From Ancylonema sp. (Eukaryota), in assembly GCA_050230475.1 (NCBI GenBank), contig JBFLGF010000210.1, positions 1-64,000 of the forward strand: DNA of 64,000 nucleotides. Direction: 5' to 3'. A model generated the notes under the pieces. That model ran no database searches and was not told the DNA's origin. It saw nothing but the letters and a program-made list of their open reading frames with translations. Below are positions 11,253 to 24,700 of this stretch, piece after piece (the stretch's first letter is position 1; the number at the start of each line of letters is the position of its first letter). The position numbers and the translations under genes are program-made.

Positions 11253-14200
11253 ATGTGGAGATTGAAGAATCAAGCGAAGGAAGGGTCTCTGGAGGGACGT
11301 ATTTTCGAGATCGGTGGCCTGCGCTTGCAAGTCCGATCCAGTATCGCCCAAGGCGGCTTCTCGTTCGTGTATCTAGCAAAATGTCAGCAAACTGGACGGT
11401 CATACGCTCTGAAGCACATCATTTGCAGCGATCCGGACACCATTCCTCTCGTTCAACGTGAAATCGATGTCATGACGACTCTGCGTGGGCATCCGAACAT
11501 CGTATCCTTGCACTCCAGTTTGAAGCTCGATAATGGCCGCTCCACGGAGTTTTTTCTGGTCATGGAATACTGTGAGAAGATGCTGGTGACAGTCATAGAC
11601 GCCAGGAATCGGACGCAGTATGACGAGAAACAAGTTCTGATGATTTTTCGAGACGTTTGCGAGGCAGTGCAACTGATGCACTCTCAAAGGCCCCCCATAG
11701 CACACAGGTAAGATCTTAAGTGATCATCACATTACAGATACAGCAAAATATGTGAGACATACACTACAGTGTATAGATCATAAAATGTACAGAATGAAAT
11801 AGAAACTTAAGTTCGGAATATGAAACATATGAAATAAATATATATAATTATATGAAATATATTGTATATATGATATGTATACAATATATATAATACATAT
11901 ATTACATATATATAACACATGTACAAATGTATTTGTACATGTGTACAAATACATATGAAATATACATTTTATACATATTTCAATGTATGAAATATGTGAT
12001 ACGGAGTATAGAATCTAAAACATGAAACTTGAAATGATAAAATATAAATACATGACGGATGAAATTTAAAAAATAAAAATCACATAAAATCAAAACACGA
12101 TATGTAATCTAGAATGTTGAAAAAAAAATAAAAAAAATATAGACATTACTTCGATAATTCGAATGATCGATAAAAAAAATAAAACATAAAACTGAAATCA
12201 AACTTCAATATCAATGGAACGTATATCTCAGTTTCACAATGTTCAGGTTTCAAAATGTCCATAATCCATATTCATATATTTCAATAATCACAAAAAGACA
12301 CAACATACATACCATGTGCTATAACGATTTTCTGATGCCTCAATTCCATCTCTTTTTCTGAGCATTTGGTGATTTTGATGTGATTTTTTTTACTTTAAAA
12401 TTTCTTTTGTTCAAAGAGTGCTGGCTGCCAGGGAGACGGTTTTACATAATAGCATAATCAAATGACGCTGAAGGCAGTTACATATCGTTTTTATTTTTGT
12501 TCCATTCAGTTCCATTTAATAACTGGAGAGAGTGAGGCTCTCTAACTCCATAGTGTTCTTTACTTCAAATCTTTACACACGTGTCTGCCATTACTTGCTC
12601 CACAAACGTCCACCCCCTCTCTCAGAGGCAATAAACCTCGCCACTTCTCTACCTGAAATGGCATCCTCTCCCTGCCACTCTCAGAGACCTAAAAGCCGAA
12701 AATATACTTCTAGGCAATGATGGCAACTGGAAAGTATGCGATTTTGGAAGCACCAGCACCCACCATCGGGTGATTGAGCGGATGGAAGAGATGGGCGTAG
12801 AAGAAGATCTGATTAGGAAACATACCACGCCAGCGTACAGAGCCCCAGAGGTACCAAAAAAAAACACCGAAAACCCACGCTCTCATTCGAATAAAATGTA
12901 TTTTGGTTCAACTTTGGTTCACGTTTACTTGGTTCACTCGTATTTGGTTTGGTCCAGTTTTGGCTCACATTTTTTTGGGTGATGGAAATGAAATATCGGG
13001 ATTTGGATTTTACCAAAGGCTTGTCGACCCCGGCTGGTCACATGTGAGAGGGGTGGGGTGGGGTGGGGCGGGATTCAGATGTGGGATCTTTTTCAGAGGG
13101 AGATGCTATCTGAGAAAGTGGATATCTGGGTAACCATCACCCCCACCCTTCGTTCTAAGGCCATCTTAAGGTTATCTTGAGGTTATCTTAGGGTTATCTT
13201 AAGGTTATCTTGAGGTTATTCCAAGGTCATCTTAAGGTTATCTGAAGGTTATCTTATGGTTATCTTAAGGTCATCTTAAGGTTATCTTTACTCATAATTG
13301 TTGGATGACAAATGCTATCATCCCCAATGCCCTCATTGCCTATGGTTGAAGCACCTGTTTCTGGTGAGATCAACCCTTATGGTGAGTCGTGTAGGGCTTT
13401 TTTCCCCTCTGTATGGAGCGGTAGATCTTGCATGTCACCTCAGGTTTTATAAAGTCTCATATTTATAAAGGTCTCATTTTTTCAGTGGTTGTCATCGAAA
13501 TAACTGAGGCAATCGGAGGTAGCGCTCCACATGGACACAAGAAAAAGGCCCCGTTTACTGAATCAAAAATATTCGGAAAATCAAATAGATGATATACCTT
13601 TCCCGTTCCCATCACACCATCTCATAAAAACATCACCGTCTGTCTACAACTCCTATTGGACCCATTTAAATAATAAAAAAAACCCGGCAAACGTCACCCC
13701 AAAAATCATCACCCTGGAGAGTGATGATATCCCTCCCTCTTTCTTCGTACACCTCACCCCCCCCCATCCCCCCAACCTCCCCACCCTCTCTCCACAGGCC
13801 CTAGGGTGCCTTCTGTACCGCATCGCGTACTTCAAATCGTGTTTCAGTGGGGAGAGTAAACTGGCGGTTTTGAACGGAAACTATCGGATTCCGGACACTC
13901 CAACGTATGGGGGGGGGCTGGTGGGTCTCATTCAGGCCTTGCTGGCACCCACGCCGGGTAACCGACCGGACATCAACCAGGTTCGGATTTTTAATTTTTT
14001 TTTGCTCGATCTGACATGGAGGAATAAAAATTTTTTTGCGATAAAATGAGGAAGTCAACAGCTCACAAGAAGGGATTTTTTTTTTTTTTTTTTTTTTTCT
14101 GCTTAGCTTTTTTAGCTGGTTTTCTCTCCTATTGAATCCGTATTAAGGATCTTAGGGTTTTTTCTTTTTCTTTTTTGGGACACTGAATGGTCTGAGACAG

Positions 14201-16128
14201 TGCCAGAGTTTACCCTTTTTTTTTCAATAGAGAGTGTTCGGAGTGTACACATACACATACGTTTTTGCATCCCACCTCCGTTCAAATAAAATGAAATAAC
14301 AGGAGACAGAGCGAAATGAATCAAACGAAATGAAACGAAATCACAAAAAAAAATTAGAGATATAATTTTGAGAAAAAAACAAAAACAAAAAAAACCAACG
14401 CTGACTCACTTTTCTCTCCACATTTTCAATCACCATCCCCATCCCCATCCCAAAAAGTCACTCCCACCTCTCTGTTGCCCTCTCCTGACCGCCAGCAGGG
14501 GTGTGGTGTGGTCAGGTGCTGGCAACAGTGAACCAGCTTCTCCCACCGGAGGCAAGAAAAAAAAGCCCTAATTCAGCACTGCCGATTGACACTCACCACC
14601 CCGAAATCGGTACACGCCAAAATCAATCCATGTGTCCATTTTCGCACCACCCCCTCCCCAGCAAGAAGACAGGGAACCGGGTATAACAGCACCATCCGAT
14701 ATAACAATATCAATCGTTAAAACAACATGCTTGCTTCCAACAATATAAGACGACTGGGGGGGGGTGAGAGAGCTCATCCCCCCCCTCTTCCACCTCCCAT
14801 CCTTCATCAAATAAGAACATAAACGCTTTCACTTCTTTTCTGCTCATGCTTCACACTCTTAGTATGAGGCTGCATAAACCCTGAAATCTAAACCTTAAAC
14901 CCCTACCAAACTGCCGACCACCCACGCGTCGCCACCTGCAGTCCTCCCCTCCCCTCGCCACCCTGTCGCCACCTCAGCACTATCAGACGACGCAAAGGGA
15001 ATCGTCTTCTCCCCCTCTTCCCACCCCCCCCCCCTTCTGATGCGCTCTCCCCCCCAGCCCACTGCAGCCCCAGCTGGCAACGGGTCATTCTGGGCCAACT
15101 TCGACCAGCTGCCACCTGTCCATCCCCTAGACTCCCCACCTGTTTTGACACCTGGCAAGGGTGGACAGGTGGCTGTATCCCCCCCCCCCACCATCCCACC
15201 CTCCCCATCCCCCACCCCCAACCGAAGCCCTGCCCTGAGCCCCCAACCCAGCCCTCCACACACCTCACACACTTTCACATCTTCCCCCCGACGTTCCGGA
15301 CTCAGTGTGGACAGGGGGTCGAGAAATGCGTCAGAGGGCTCTCTTTCCCCCTCCACGGCTGCCGCCACCTGGCAAGACAAGGGGGCGGTAAAACCCACTC
15401 TGCCCCTCCCTCTCGATGTATCGCGGAATGGAGACCCACTGGGTGGACGGAACCGATCCGCCACCTCACCCTCCTTAGGAGATCATGGGTTGGGAGGGCG
15501 GGTGGGGGTGGGGGGTGAGGGGAGGGGGGGGGTGGTGGAGAGACTGAGAGAGGAGTTGAAAGTGGTTCTGGGGCGAAATGCTGAGGTGGAGCTGAGATGT
15601 GACAGGCTGGCGTCCATCGTCCGAAGCCAACGATTAGAGATGCAGGGGCTCAAAACCGCCGCTCAAGCTGCGGGAGGGGGGGGTGGGGATGGGGAAAGGC
15701 GAGCCTCTGAGGGTGGGGGGGAGGGAGTAAGAGAGGGTGATGGGAGTGCCCACTTCAGTCCCCGTGCGGATTTTGAAACACTGGTTGGGGGTGATTCGGG
15801 CAGATCACCTCCTCCTTTGATGCAGGGGTTGCCCCCCCCCCTCAGTCCAAAGGTTGGGAGATCCGGAAGGGCTTCCCCGGGGCTAAGCGGAAGGGGGGAC
15901 TTGGGTAGTGGGCAAGTGTGTGGAGAGGCGGATAGAGTCTTTTCACAGTCTCCAAAAGGGAGGGGGTGGACTACAAGAGAGGAGAAGGTGATGGAGGGGG
16001 TGACGGCAGCTGCAAACGGCTGGGCGGATTTTGGGAGTGAGGTCGGGTCGGTTGGGGGTGAGAGTAAGAAAGAGGTTGGGACGAAGAAAGGGGGTGGGGT
16101 TCGTCCGGCGGGCTGGGAAGGATTCTAA
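11253..16128 (+). CDS. Numb-associated (NAK/AAK1/BIKE-like) Ser/Thr protein kinase with a long Pro/Ser/Gly-rich C-terminal tail, 6 exons
   Basis: Exons: 11253-11707, 12685-12850, 13079-13129, 13798-13980, 14516-14609, 14942-16128; phases consistent. Kinase motifs IAQGGFSFVY, YALK, HRDLKAEN, CDFGS, HTTPAYRAPE, EKVDIWALG. The N-terminus MWRLK...LEGR and C-terminal PAGWEGF resemble plant NAK kinases. Confidence 0.92.
13156..13289. repeat. (AAGGTTATCTT)n 11-bp minisatellite, about 12 copies, intronic
   Basis: Seen directly, starting about 25 bp after the donor at 13130. Confidence 0.9.
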
Positions 16129-18958
16129 GAGAAATGTAGGGTCTACTGGATGGTGTGGTGCATGGTAGGCATGATTTTGGCAATGTTTTGAACTATCTTG
16201 ATAATGCTGATTAGACATGAGATTGTTTGTGAAAAAAAATCGCCATTTGTTTGTTTGTTTGTGGACTCGTTTGTTAGTTTGTTTATTTGGACATGTATAC
16301 AAAATTGTAGGCAAACATCCAAAAGTCTCGAAACAGCATGCCTATTGTGCATTTTGATCAATGTATTTGTCAATGAAAGAAACAATGGTAACAACGTTTT
16401 GGCATAAGGGTCTAACTCATCCTCCTTGACTCTTACCACACGTATATCATACTAGAATGGTTGTGAGCTAATAGGTCCCAACTCATTCGAAATTCCCGAC
16501 ATGGGTCACCAACTTTTATTGGCATGACCGTTTATCTAATATTAAACACTACATCCGTTCATTTGTTGACTTTAAATCTTACGTTCAAATCAAATTCAGC
16601 AATTTCTGGCTTTATGTAAATGAAAAAAACAAAAGAGTGAGGGTAAGGCAAGATTACCTTACATTCAAGAAATTTCGCTACTTGATCACAACATGTGTGA
16701 CATAAGCATGACGTTAACATCCTTGTTGTGCTTATACAATTCAAACGAATGAAATCACTTGAATATTTAATTCGTTCTGAATGAGGCAACCTCCAAATAT
16801 ATATTGGGACTTCCCAAACTCTATACATATAGTTGATGTTACATAGAGACAACATGCATGCCACACAATAATGCAAATCTGGCTGGACACCCACTCGACA
16901 AGAAACAAGCGAATGAGTTGCCAAAAGAAAACGATGAAAAAATAACCCTTGCCAGTACAAAACAACACTGAATTTCCTCTCTCTGAATTTCTTTCTTTAC
17001 GCTCGTGAAAATATGGCTTGCATCTTTTTGGGTACCAAATCGATGTTAAAGAACATCATAAGCGCGTTGCAAGCTAGCATGGGCAATTGGCATTTAGATG
17101 CCAAACTTAGGTCCTGGCGAATATGCTTGCGTACAACCTTCAAGATTGCGTTTAAGGAAGTGTACAAACAAATTCCTTGCTACACTAAGTGCTTCTGTGA
17201 TGAACCATTTATCTTAGAGGCACATGAGACCAATGACCAATCGCTCCTATTCCAAACACTTCCTACTTCTGTGCCACTTGCTTCATATCGACCTTTTTCA
17301 CATCCCCCTTCTTCTTAGGCGGCTCCTCCGAACATGCCCTCAGAATTGCCTCAACCTAAAAATCGTTTTAATCATCACGAAGTAAGCAACTTTTTCTATT
17401 CACCCGAAAATCTATAATCTATAATTGCCTAAAACGCTGAACCCCGAACTATACATCGTTTGGGTACAAAAGTAAACAAATCAGCATTTAAACGAAACCC
17501 TGGAGTCGACTTGAACGAACTTGAACCAAACGAGTGTAATTGTTATAGAGGGTCAGTCTTTTATATACGGTGCTTGCCTTACATCGAACATCACCGTACC
17601 TGCTGTACTCGCCTCGTCCTGGTTTTCGCATTGGCTCTCCTGGTGTGGTTCAAAGGCCAGTTCTTCCACACTAAACCCCCGGTCTGTTTAAAAACTTGAC
17701 GGAGGACGAGAGTGCCCACTCCTAAACCCATACCTGAACATTCAATTCAAAAGCCATTGCCCTGTGAGGTGCATACGATGCAGAAGCGACCACTGCATCT
17801 TCGTGTCTTAAGATAGGGTCCCTGATGCTGATAAATTCCTCAACTCCTCCGCATATGTATATCGCTGAGAATCGAGTGGACTGTGGATAAAGGCAGCGTA
17901 AGTTGTAATACAAACTTATCTACAACTTCTTAGGTCTTAGGCCTACTTTGCTACCCGGAATCTGGCAAGATAGGCACTGAAAAATTACCTGCGCCATCTG
18001 ACCACTTTCTTCCATTTCTTCCAACAAGAATCGAATTTACGATACGTAAGAAGAGAATTTCATCCACTCCGCACCTCCATTATACTTTCAAATGATGACA
18101 ATGGGCACAAAAAAACCCTTAATGTGTAATCCCTCCTGCCACCCCGACTCTTACCTTCTATATGTATTTCATAACTGTCGTTTGATTCCTTCTCGGTAAT
18201 TTAGGCTTTCACCTGCATTGCACCCATAAACATAGGTAAAAGATGTGGAATTGTGTAAATGTAATTTTTGCAGCCACTCTGGGCTCTAATTGCAGATGAA
18301 ATCATGCATATTATCCACTTCAACTGACCTTATCAACAATTAAGCACGACTCTCGGGATTCCTAACGTCCGAAGCGGGCAACTCCTACGACGTAGCACGC
18401 GGAATGTAGGCCTCTGTCTCTCACCTCTCCCGTCTCCTACTTCCGCCGGACTCTGCGCGCGCTGATTGATGGGTGGTGGTACCTCCTGGTGATCGGGTAT
18501 GCCGATCCTCAACCTCGAATTTTGAAAGAACGGGTAGGGAGGTCGGTCGGGAGGCCCGCCCCGGATTTCAGCCCCGTAAGAACGTTACAAGCCCGATACA
18601 GGCTGGGAGCCGGACGGCATTGTAGGGGCTGGATATTATTTTCAGCCACGTACTCCGTCCGATTTGGGTAGGCGCACGATTCTGATATTGGTTTCTGATA
18701 TTCTGATATTATATTCCGGGAAATACATGTTTATTATAACCGAACGCCGGGATTCCCATCCAATTACAACGAATTGTTTTACTGATGCAAGTAAACTCCA
18801 CTTATTTAGCGGATCATGGCATCTACGCAAGTTCGAGGAACGTGCGCCGCAAACGACCTGCGAAAAGTCACATCCCACGTTCACTGCTGCCTTTTCGCCC
18901 TGACAGCTTAGATTTGACCTGCCGATGCGTTGACCATACGTTCTGCGCGTGTGAAACC

Positions 18959-20945
18959 ATGGCGGTTGCGTCTCTTGTTGCTGCAAGTGCTTTGGAAGGG
19001 ACAATGTCTACTCTTTCCGCTCCTTGCATTGGCTGCACCTTATCGACACGCGTATCAGGAAATGTCTCAAGCTCTTGCTCGGTGGACGCCATTTCACGCC
19101 ACCGTGGCATTACAAACAGTGTCGTTCTGCGAAAAACGTATGTGATGATACCCGATGTATGGCATTCTGCAAAGCTCGCTTCCATTGACCACTCACTGAT
19201 CTGTCCAGTTGCCACGTGGTGAAACACAGGGCCGTCCGGCGAGTTTTCTGCCAGGCTGGAAACGCAAGCCCCTCCACTGTCCAGGTAAATACCAGCTGTC
19301 GGGATCCACATTATTAGCTTCCCTCCCCTCCAAAATATGGTATTGTCGCCCCGCGCAATCTTTCGCCATACGATGACACGTGTCATACAATCGTGCCCCA
19401 TTTTTGGAACAGATCGTTGCGGAGGAAGGTATCCCCGAGCCCGTGGTTCAAATCGATCAGCACTCGGAGCCCAATGCCACCGTCGTCGAAATCGAATTCG
19501 GAAACAGACTTGGGGCACTGCTGGACACCGTGAGTGTTCGCCACACGTGTGCCACGTGTCAGACACATTTAACGCCGGGTGCGAATTCCATCCATTCATT
19601 CTGCCTTGCCTGCCTGTACGCCCAATCTGGCAGAACTCGTGGCTACTGCGTATTTTTGAGATCTGCAGCAATGATGTCTTGTGTTGTTGTAGGACCAAAT
19701 ATCCGAAAGTCCCCAGAAGTGCCTCTCCCCTGCATGTCGATATCCGTACATGCACTTATACTCAATCCGGTATTCAGATGCACCTGGTCGGGTACCTGAC
19801 ACCTGTCCCGGATGTTCCTCAGGCGCAATCCCTACGAAACCTCAGTCTGAACGTGGTTCGTGCCAAAGTAACCTCTGCCGACTCAAAGGGGAGGAACCGC
19901 TTTGTGCTCACCAAAGCGTAAGATCAACCCGGTTATCGCCCCAGAATCGCAAATAATCAACAAGATGACATGACAACAATCATCAATCATCAATCATCAA
20001 TCATCAATCATCAATCATCAATCATCAATCATCAATCATCAATCANATAACATCTCTCCATTTAACCATGTCAGTCAGTCGAGTATACTAATGTTCGACA
20101 TATTTTAACATTTAAACAGCTACAACCACAAGCTCACATTGTAATTCGGATTGCCCACCCTTGACTTCCCAAAGTCTTAGAAATTCAATATCTAATCATC
20201 GCGACTACAGAAGGGGAACTTTTCAAGCCCTGTTTTTTATGGAGAGAAGTATTTTTAAGCTCTAGTATAAATGCGTACGAGTATTTTTAAGCCCTAGCAT
20301 CAATGCAAAGGAGTATTTCATGTGCCCTAGTATCGATGCAAAGGAGTGCTTTCAAGCCCTAGTTCCTATGGAGAGGAGTGTCTTGTCAACGCCTTGAAAA
20401 TAAGACCCAAAGTTCTGGAATATCGTCCGACTTGGAATTTTGGACGGAAGCCAATCCGACATGACTCCTTACTGTGTCCGACAATCTTGAATTTTGAAAA
20501 CTCGGAATCGGAGATAATCAGCAAAAGCGCTCATTCCTCGTTTCGCTCAAATCTCGTTCATCAAATCGCGTGCATCAACAAACATTGAATGTGAGAGAGT
20601 CTCCAAAGGGTTCCATAGAGCCGAAAGTTTTTGTTGAGCTACCGAAAAAATACAATCGGTCGCCTTTCTTATCATCGTTTTGCCTCCACTCCTTTTGCTC
20701 TCCTCCTTCCCATGTGCAAGACGAACCCCAAACATAAACGATCTCGTTCAGAACTCTTTAGCACCACTTGAGATATTGAAAGACATCATTGTCTGTTTTT
20801 TCCTGTTCAGGGCTTCACCGCAAAGGACGAGTTCTACGTCACGTATCGCAACGAGGCCCTAAACTCGAGCATGGTGGAAGTGGTGGTCAACACTTTGCGA
20901 TATTTCTTGGATCGGCCCGACATAGAGGCCGAGGACAGCTACTAG
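18959..20945 (+). CDS. Plastid ACT-domain repeat protein, ACR11/ACR12-like; middle exons missing at an assembly gap
   Basis: Exons: 18959-19137 (transit-peptide-like), 19209-19284, 19413-19529 ([30 protein letters not shown]), 19823-19917 ([14 protein letters not shown]), and terminal 20811-20945 ([44 protein letters not shown]). There is a phase mismatch and missing sequence across the N at 20046. Confidence 0.85.
19977..20046. repeat. (CAATCAT)n heptamer ending in a single-N assembly gap
   Basis: The tandem heptamer runs directly into the n at 20046. Confidence 0.9.
20245..20365. repeat. About 32-bp degenerate minisatellite (GAGTATTTTTAAGCCCTAGTATCAATGCAAAG-like)
   Basis: About 4 tandem units without spacers. 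Confidence 0.7.
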
Positions 20946-21619
20946 ACATTAGGGAAACGGAAAATGATTAGGGTTTGGAGTTTTTGAGTGTTGGATTGTT
21001 TTCGGAAAATGGAGTTTCGGGGTCTTGAGGTTCTGCACTTGCACTTGTGAGGAGCGACTCTTATGGGTGTTATCTTTAGGTGGAGGGGCGTGGAATATGT
21101 AACACATAAGGGATAGTTATGTGTAGCATGTATAGCATGAGAGGAATCAATAATAATAGTTAGGAACCAAGCAAATGGGCTTTGTGGACACGGTTCGGAT
21201 GTCACGTATTAGGTTTATTGGGGCTTCCGTTTTTGAGAAAACAAGACGAGAACCTCTTTTGTGGTTAGGTGTTGATTCTTACAGTGACACATGAAGGTTT
21301 ATGAGAAATGATTTTCTCACGTTTTCAAATAAGTCCGATGTAGGGTCCATAGAAGCACACGTGTGAAAGAGGGGACAAACTTCCAAAATTCCTTATTGCA
21401 TACCAAGCGTCAGCCACTGCATCATTTTTATCGAGTGAGTGTAAGGAGACCCAGATATGCATATCAACACATTTTTACTCGATAACCCATTGTAACATTA
21501 GGTATGCACTATCACCAAGATCTAATTAAGAAAATTACGTTGATGTTTTTGTTTTCCACGTTTTTGTCATGTGCATCACGTGACCATTCTGACTTACACG
21601 TGTTACTTGAAACGATTTC

Positions 21620-21757
21620 CCAGTCCGACCCAGTCCGGCCATTCCCGTCCGGATGGCCGGTCCATTCGTCACTGTACGGGGCCCGGACTGGCCAGTCGTC
21701 GGTCTCCGGTCCGGAGGCAGCCAGTCTGGTCGGCTGGAGACTGGGATGTACGCTCCC
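21620..21757. repeat. Short CCAGTC/GACTGG-motif element similar to 10385-10930
   Basis: Clustered CCAGTCCG/CGGACTGG/GGAGACTGG motifs. Confidence 0.4.
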
Positions 21758-24700
21758 ACTCTTTTGCCACGGCCCAGGAAAACAAATGCTGCGATTTAGT
21801 AATTTGTACGGTTCCGTAAAGTACAGCTTCTGATAACACTTCACGAGCCTCGCGACAAAATATATATTCTCTCCTGTATTCCTGGATTCCATCAACTGTA
21901 TTTTCGATCGACGGTCCCCGAACAGTAGAGTTGAGATGTTGGATTCCTGGAACCAGGGCCGGCAGGCATGATGCTTCTACAGTAGTCTTTCCGTACAAAT
22001 TACGAGGAGTATCTGATTTGTGACGTCAAGTGGCCCACATATGAAGCCCGTTCGTACGCGCTCATGTTACATTCCGGTCGGTGACTGATTACAATATCCG
22101 TCGATTTGCGTCTGCCAGTAACCAGTCACGACTTTGTACCGGGCATGATGGAGCACGGGCAAAAATCTGGCCCACTGCTGGAATGAGTCAGTAAATCTAT
22201 AACGTGGCACACTGCCAGTATCGAACGTGAAGATTCTGTGCAGAAGACGACAGGAGTTTTGGCAACTTTTAATCGAGGCGCGTCGCCCAAATGATCCGGA
22301 ATTTTGAAGCGGAGGTTTCACCCCCACCCAGCCTCGTCTTCGTCATCAGGCTTCGAGACGGAGAGATGGAGACGGTTGATCATCTAAAGAAGTGATCTTC
22401 GGCGCCACCTCCTGAGGTTTGACAAGAGCAGAGAAGTTAGCAGGCTTTTCGTTATCGCGTATCTACCTGAATGACTCTCCTGCTTCTCTATGGAGAACTC
22501 CGTGCATGAGTTGCCAGGCCCCTGCGCCTCAACTCGCCCCCCAATGAAAGCTCGACCGGCCATGTTCAACCCTGAACCGCCGCGACCTCTGCTTTTGCCA
22601 CGAGCACGGAACTCTCGCACGAGGTGACTCATATATCCTGTTATCTAGAAATTAAATAGTTATCAGTAACCAAGAGTTGTCAGTGCCCCGTTTCCGAGAG
22701 GATAGTCCTCGAGTTGGAGTGCCGTGGTGTTGTTATAATATTTTTTAGACTACAGAAGGTGAACGAAGAGAAGAGCGCAGAAGCTATCATTATTCGTCAT
22801 CGGGCAGTGACTGCAAACAGATAGTTCGGAAACCGACTCTGCTGCCACTTTCATGGCCAGGAAGGTTGAAATCCAATCCCGCATTCGTGACGTGTCCTCT
22901 GCCAAACGCGACTTATCTTCCACCAAGATCTGGAACGCCATATACACTCGTCTCGTTTCCCCGCCCCCTGGCATAGCCGCATCCTCGAGTCCCCTGTGGG
23001 TTGGCGGGACACGGTCCGAAATCAGTGCGCGTGTCCATGCAGTCGACGGTCGGGCGACTAGGTTCTGGAGTACCTCGTTGAACTCAGGGCATCTGCTCCG
23101 GGTCGCGCGCGCGCCTCCTCTGGTGAACAGGTGGAGTATTCGCGAGCAGTTGCAGGAGCCTTGCTACCTGGTGGAGCTTCTCGACCGGGGGTGGACGCAG
23201 CGAAACGTACTTGTATGGCAGCAGGTGCACAGGGTGCTGCCCACGCGCCCTCCCCCCACCTTTGCTACGATTCAGGAAGAGGTGGAGCAGCTACTAGGCG
23301 ACTCGAATCGGATTCGCGACCGACCTGTGAGTTCGGATATGGCCGCGAATCGAATCGCGAACAGAATCGGGCAGGAGATTAGCAGAGAAGAGGACTATTG
23401 TAGGGTCGGTAATGTGAGGGGCCGATCTGGCCGCCAGCTGCAGTCAAGGAGGTCGAGTAGCGCGGGGGCAGTCAGGCGGAGGCTGGAGGGTGGGGAGCCC
23501 GCGAGGGAGGAGGGGGATGGGGGAAGCGTGGGAGAAGTCGGGGAGCGAGCTAGGAGCGTTTCTATGGGGGTGGAAATCGGGGAGCAATCTCCCCTCAGAA
23601 GTGATAATATGTCGCCCTGTGAGAGGACCCGCAGTCTGACAGGTGTGTACGCACGTCATACATCCCTCCCTCACTCCACTTTGCCCCAAACCCTTCTGTG
23701 GATGATGGCTCACGTCACACCCTTCAACTCTTTATGAAGGACTCGTCCTTCCCATTGGCCCAATTTCCACAACATGACAAAACAATCGTCGTACTGGAAG
23801 ACACGTGTGCACAATCTGACGAGGCAATGCGAAACTCAATCAGTATTCGTCATAACGGAGCAAGCCTCGATGTCGGTTCCCAGAAATCATCCATTTAGAC
23901 ATCAGCAGTCCACATCAGCATTCCTCCAACCCCCCGCCCCCCATCCCATCCCATCCCCGTTTCAGACACGGACCTAGAAGAGCTCCAGGGGTTCATAGAC
24001 TTGGGCTTCGAATTTCCTCGCGGCAGCACATCACCCCAGATGGAGGCCACCCTCCCAGCCCTCCGCCTTTTCCATGCGGTGGAAACGGTGCACAGCCGCC
24101 TGCTGAGCAATCAGGGCTCGCCACGTCAGCACCCGATGCCACCTGGCACTCAACACCTGGCGGCGAACCGGCTGAGCAAATCACAGCCTGAGGCGTGCTG
24201 GGAGAAGGTGGCCGGTAGCTCTGCATCCGTATGTGACGTCACCCTTCCGTTCTGTTCAGAGCGCGTTCTTCTGTCTTCTATCCACAACCACTTCAACCCA
24301 TGCCACCTTCTGTGTCAATTGTTTTCGTTTTTTGCTAAACTTTGAGACAACTGATGTTTTATTTTATTTTTTTATTTTTTTGGGGGGGGGCGCAGGAGGC
24401 ATGGATGCTCCCCTCGCCCAATGAGCAGCAATCCAATCTGAAGCTCCATCTACGCGTGTGGGCCCAGGCAGTGGCACAAACCGTCCGCCAAGCATGCTGA
24501 CGTGGCACATGCCACATCAGCCTCTGACCGGCTGCCACATCGGCTTCATTGCGTCCATCCCCTCCCAACTCTTGCTCCTGTTCGGCTGCACTCGAACATG
24601 GGTGACCACATTCGGTAGCTCTTGACTCCCCTCAAGCTGGGGGTCCCATCCTCCTCCCCACTGGCCCCCCATCCCCCCTCCCATCCACCCCATTTCGGAA

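Noticed and set aside
18868..19755. 295-aa minus-strand ORF
   Set aside because: It is antisense to ACR exons and introns and has no recognisable motif.
20245..20365. About 32-bp repeats of CRISPR-like length
   Set aside because: The units are tandem and degenerate with no unique spacers, lie in a eukaryotic intron, and have no cas genes nearby.
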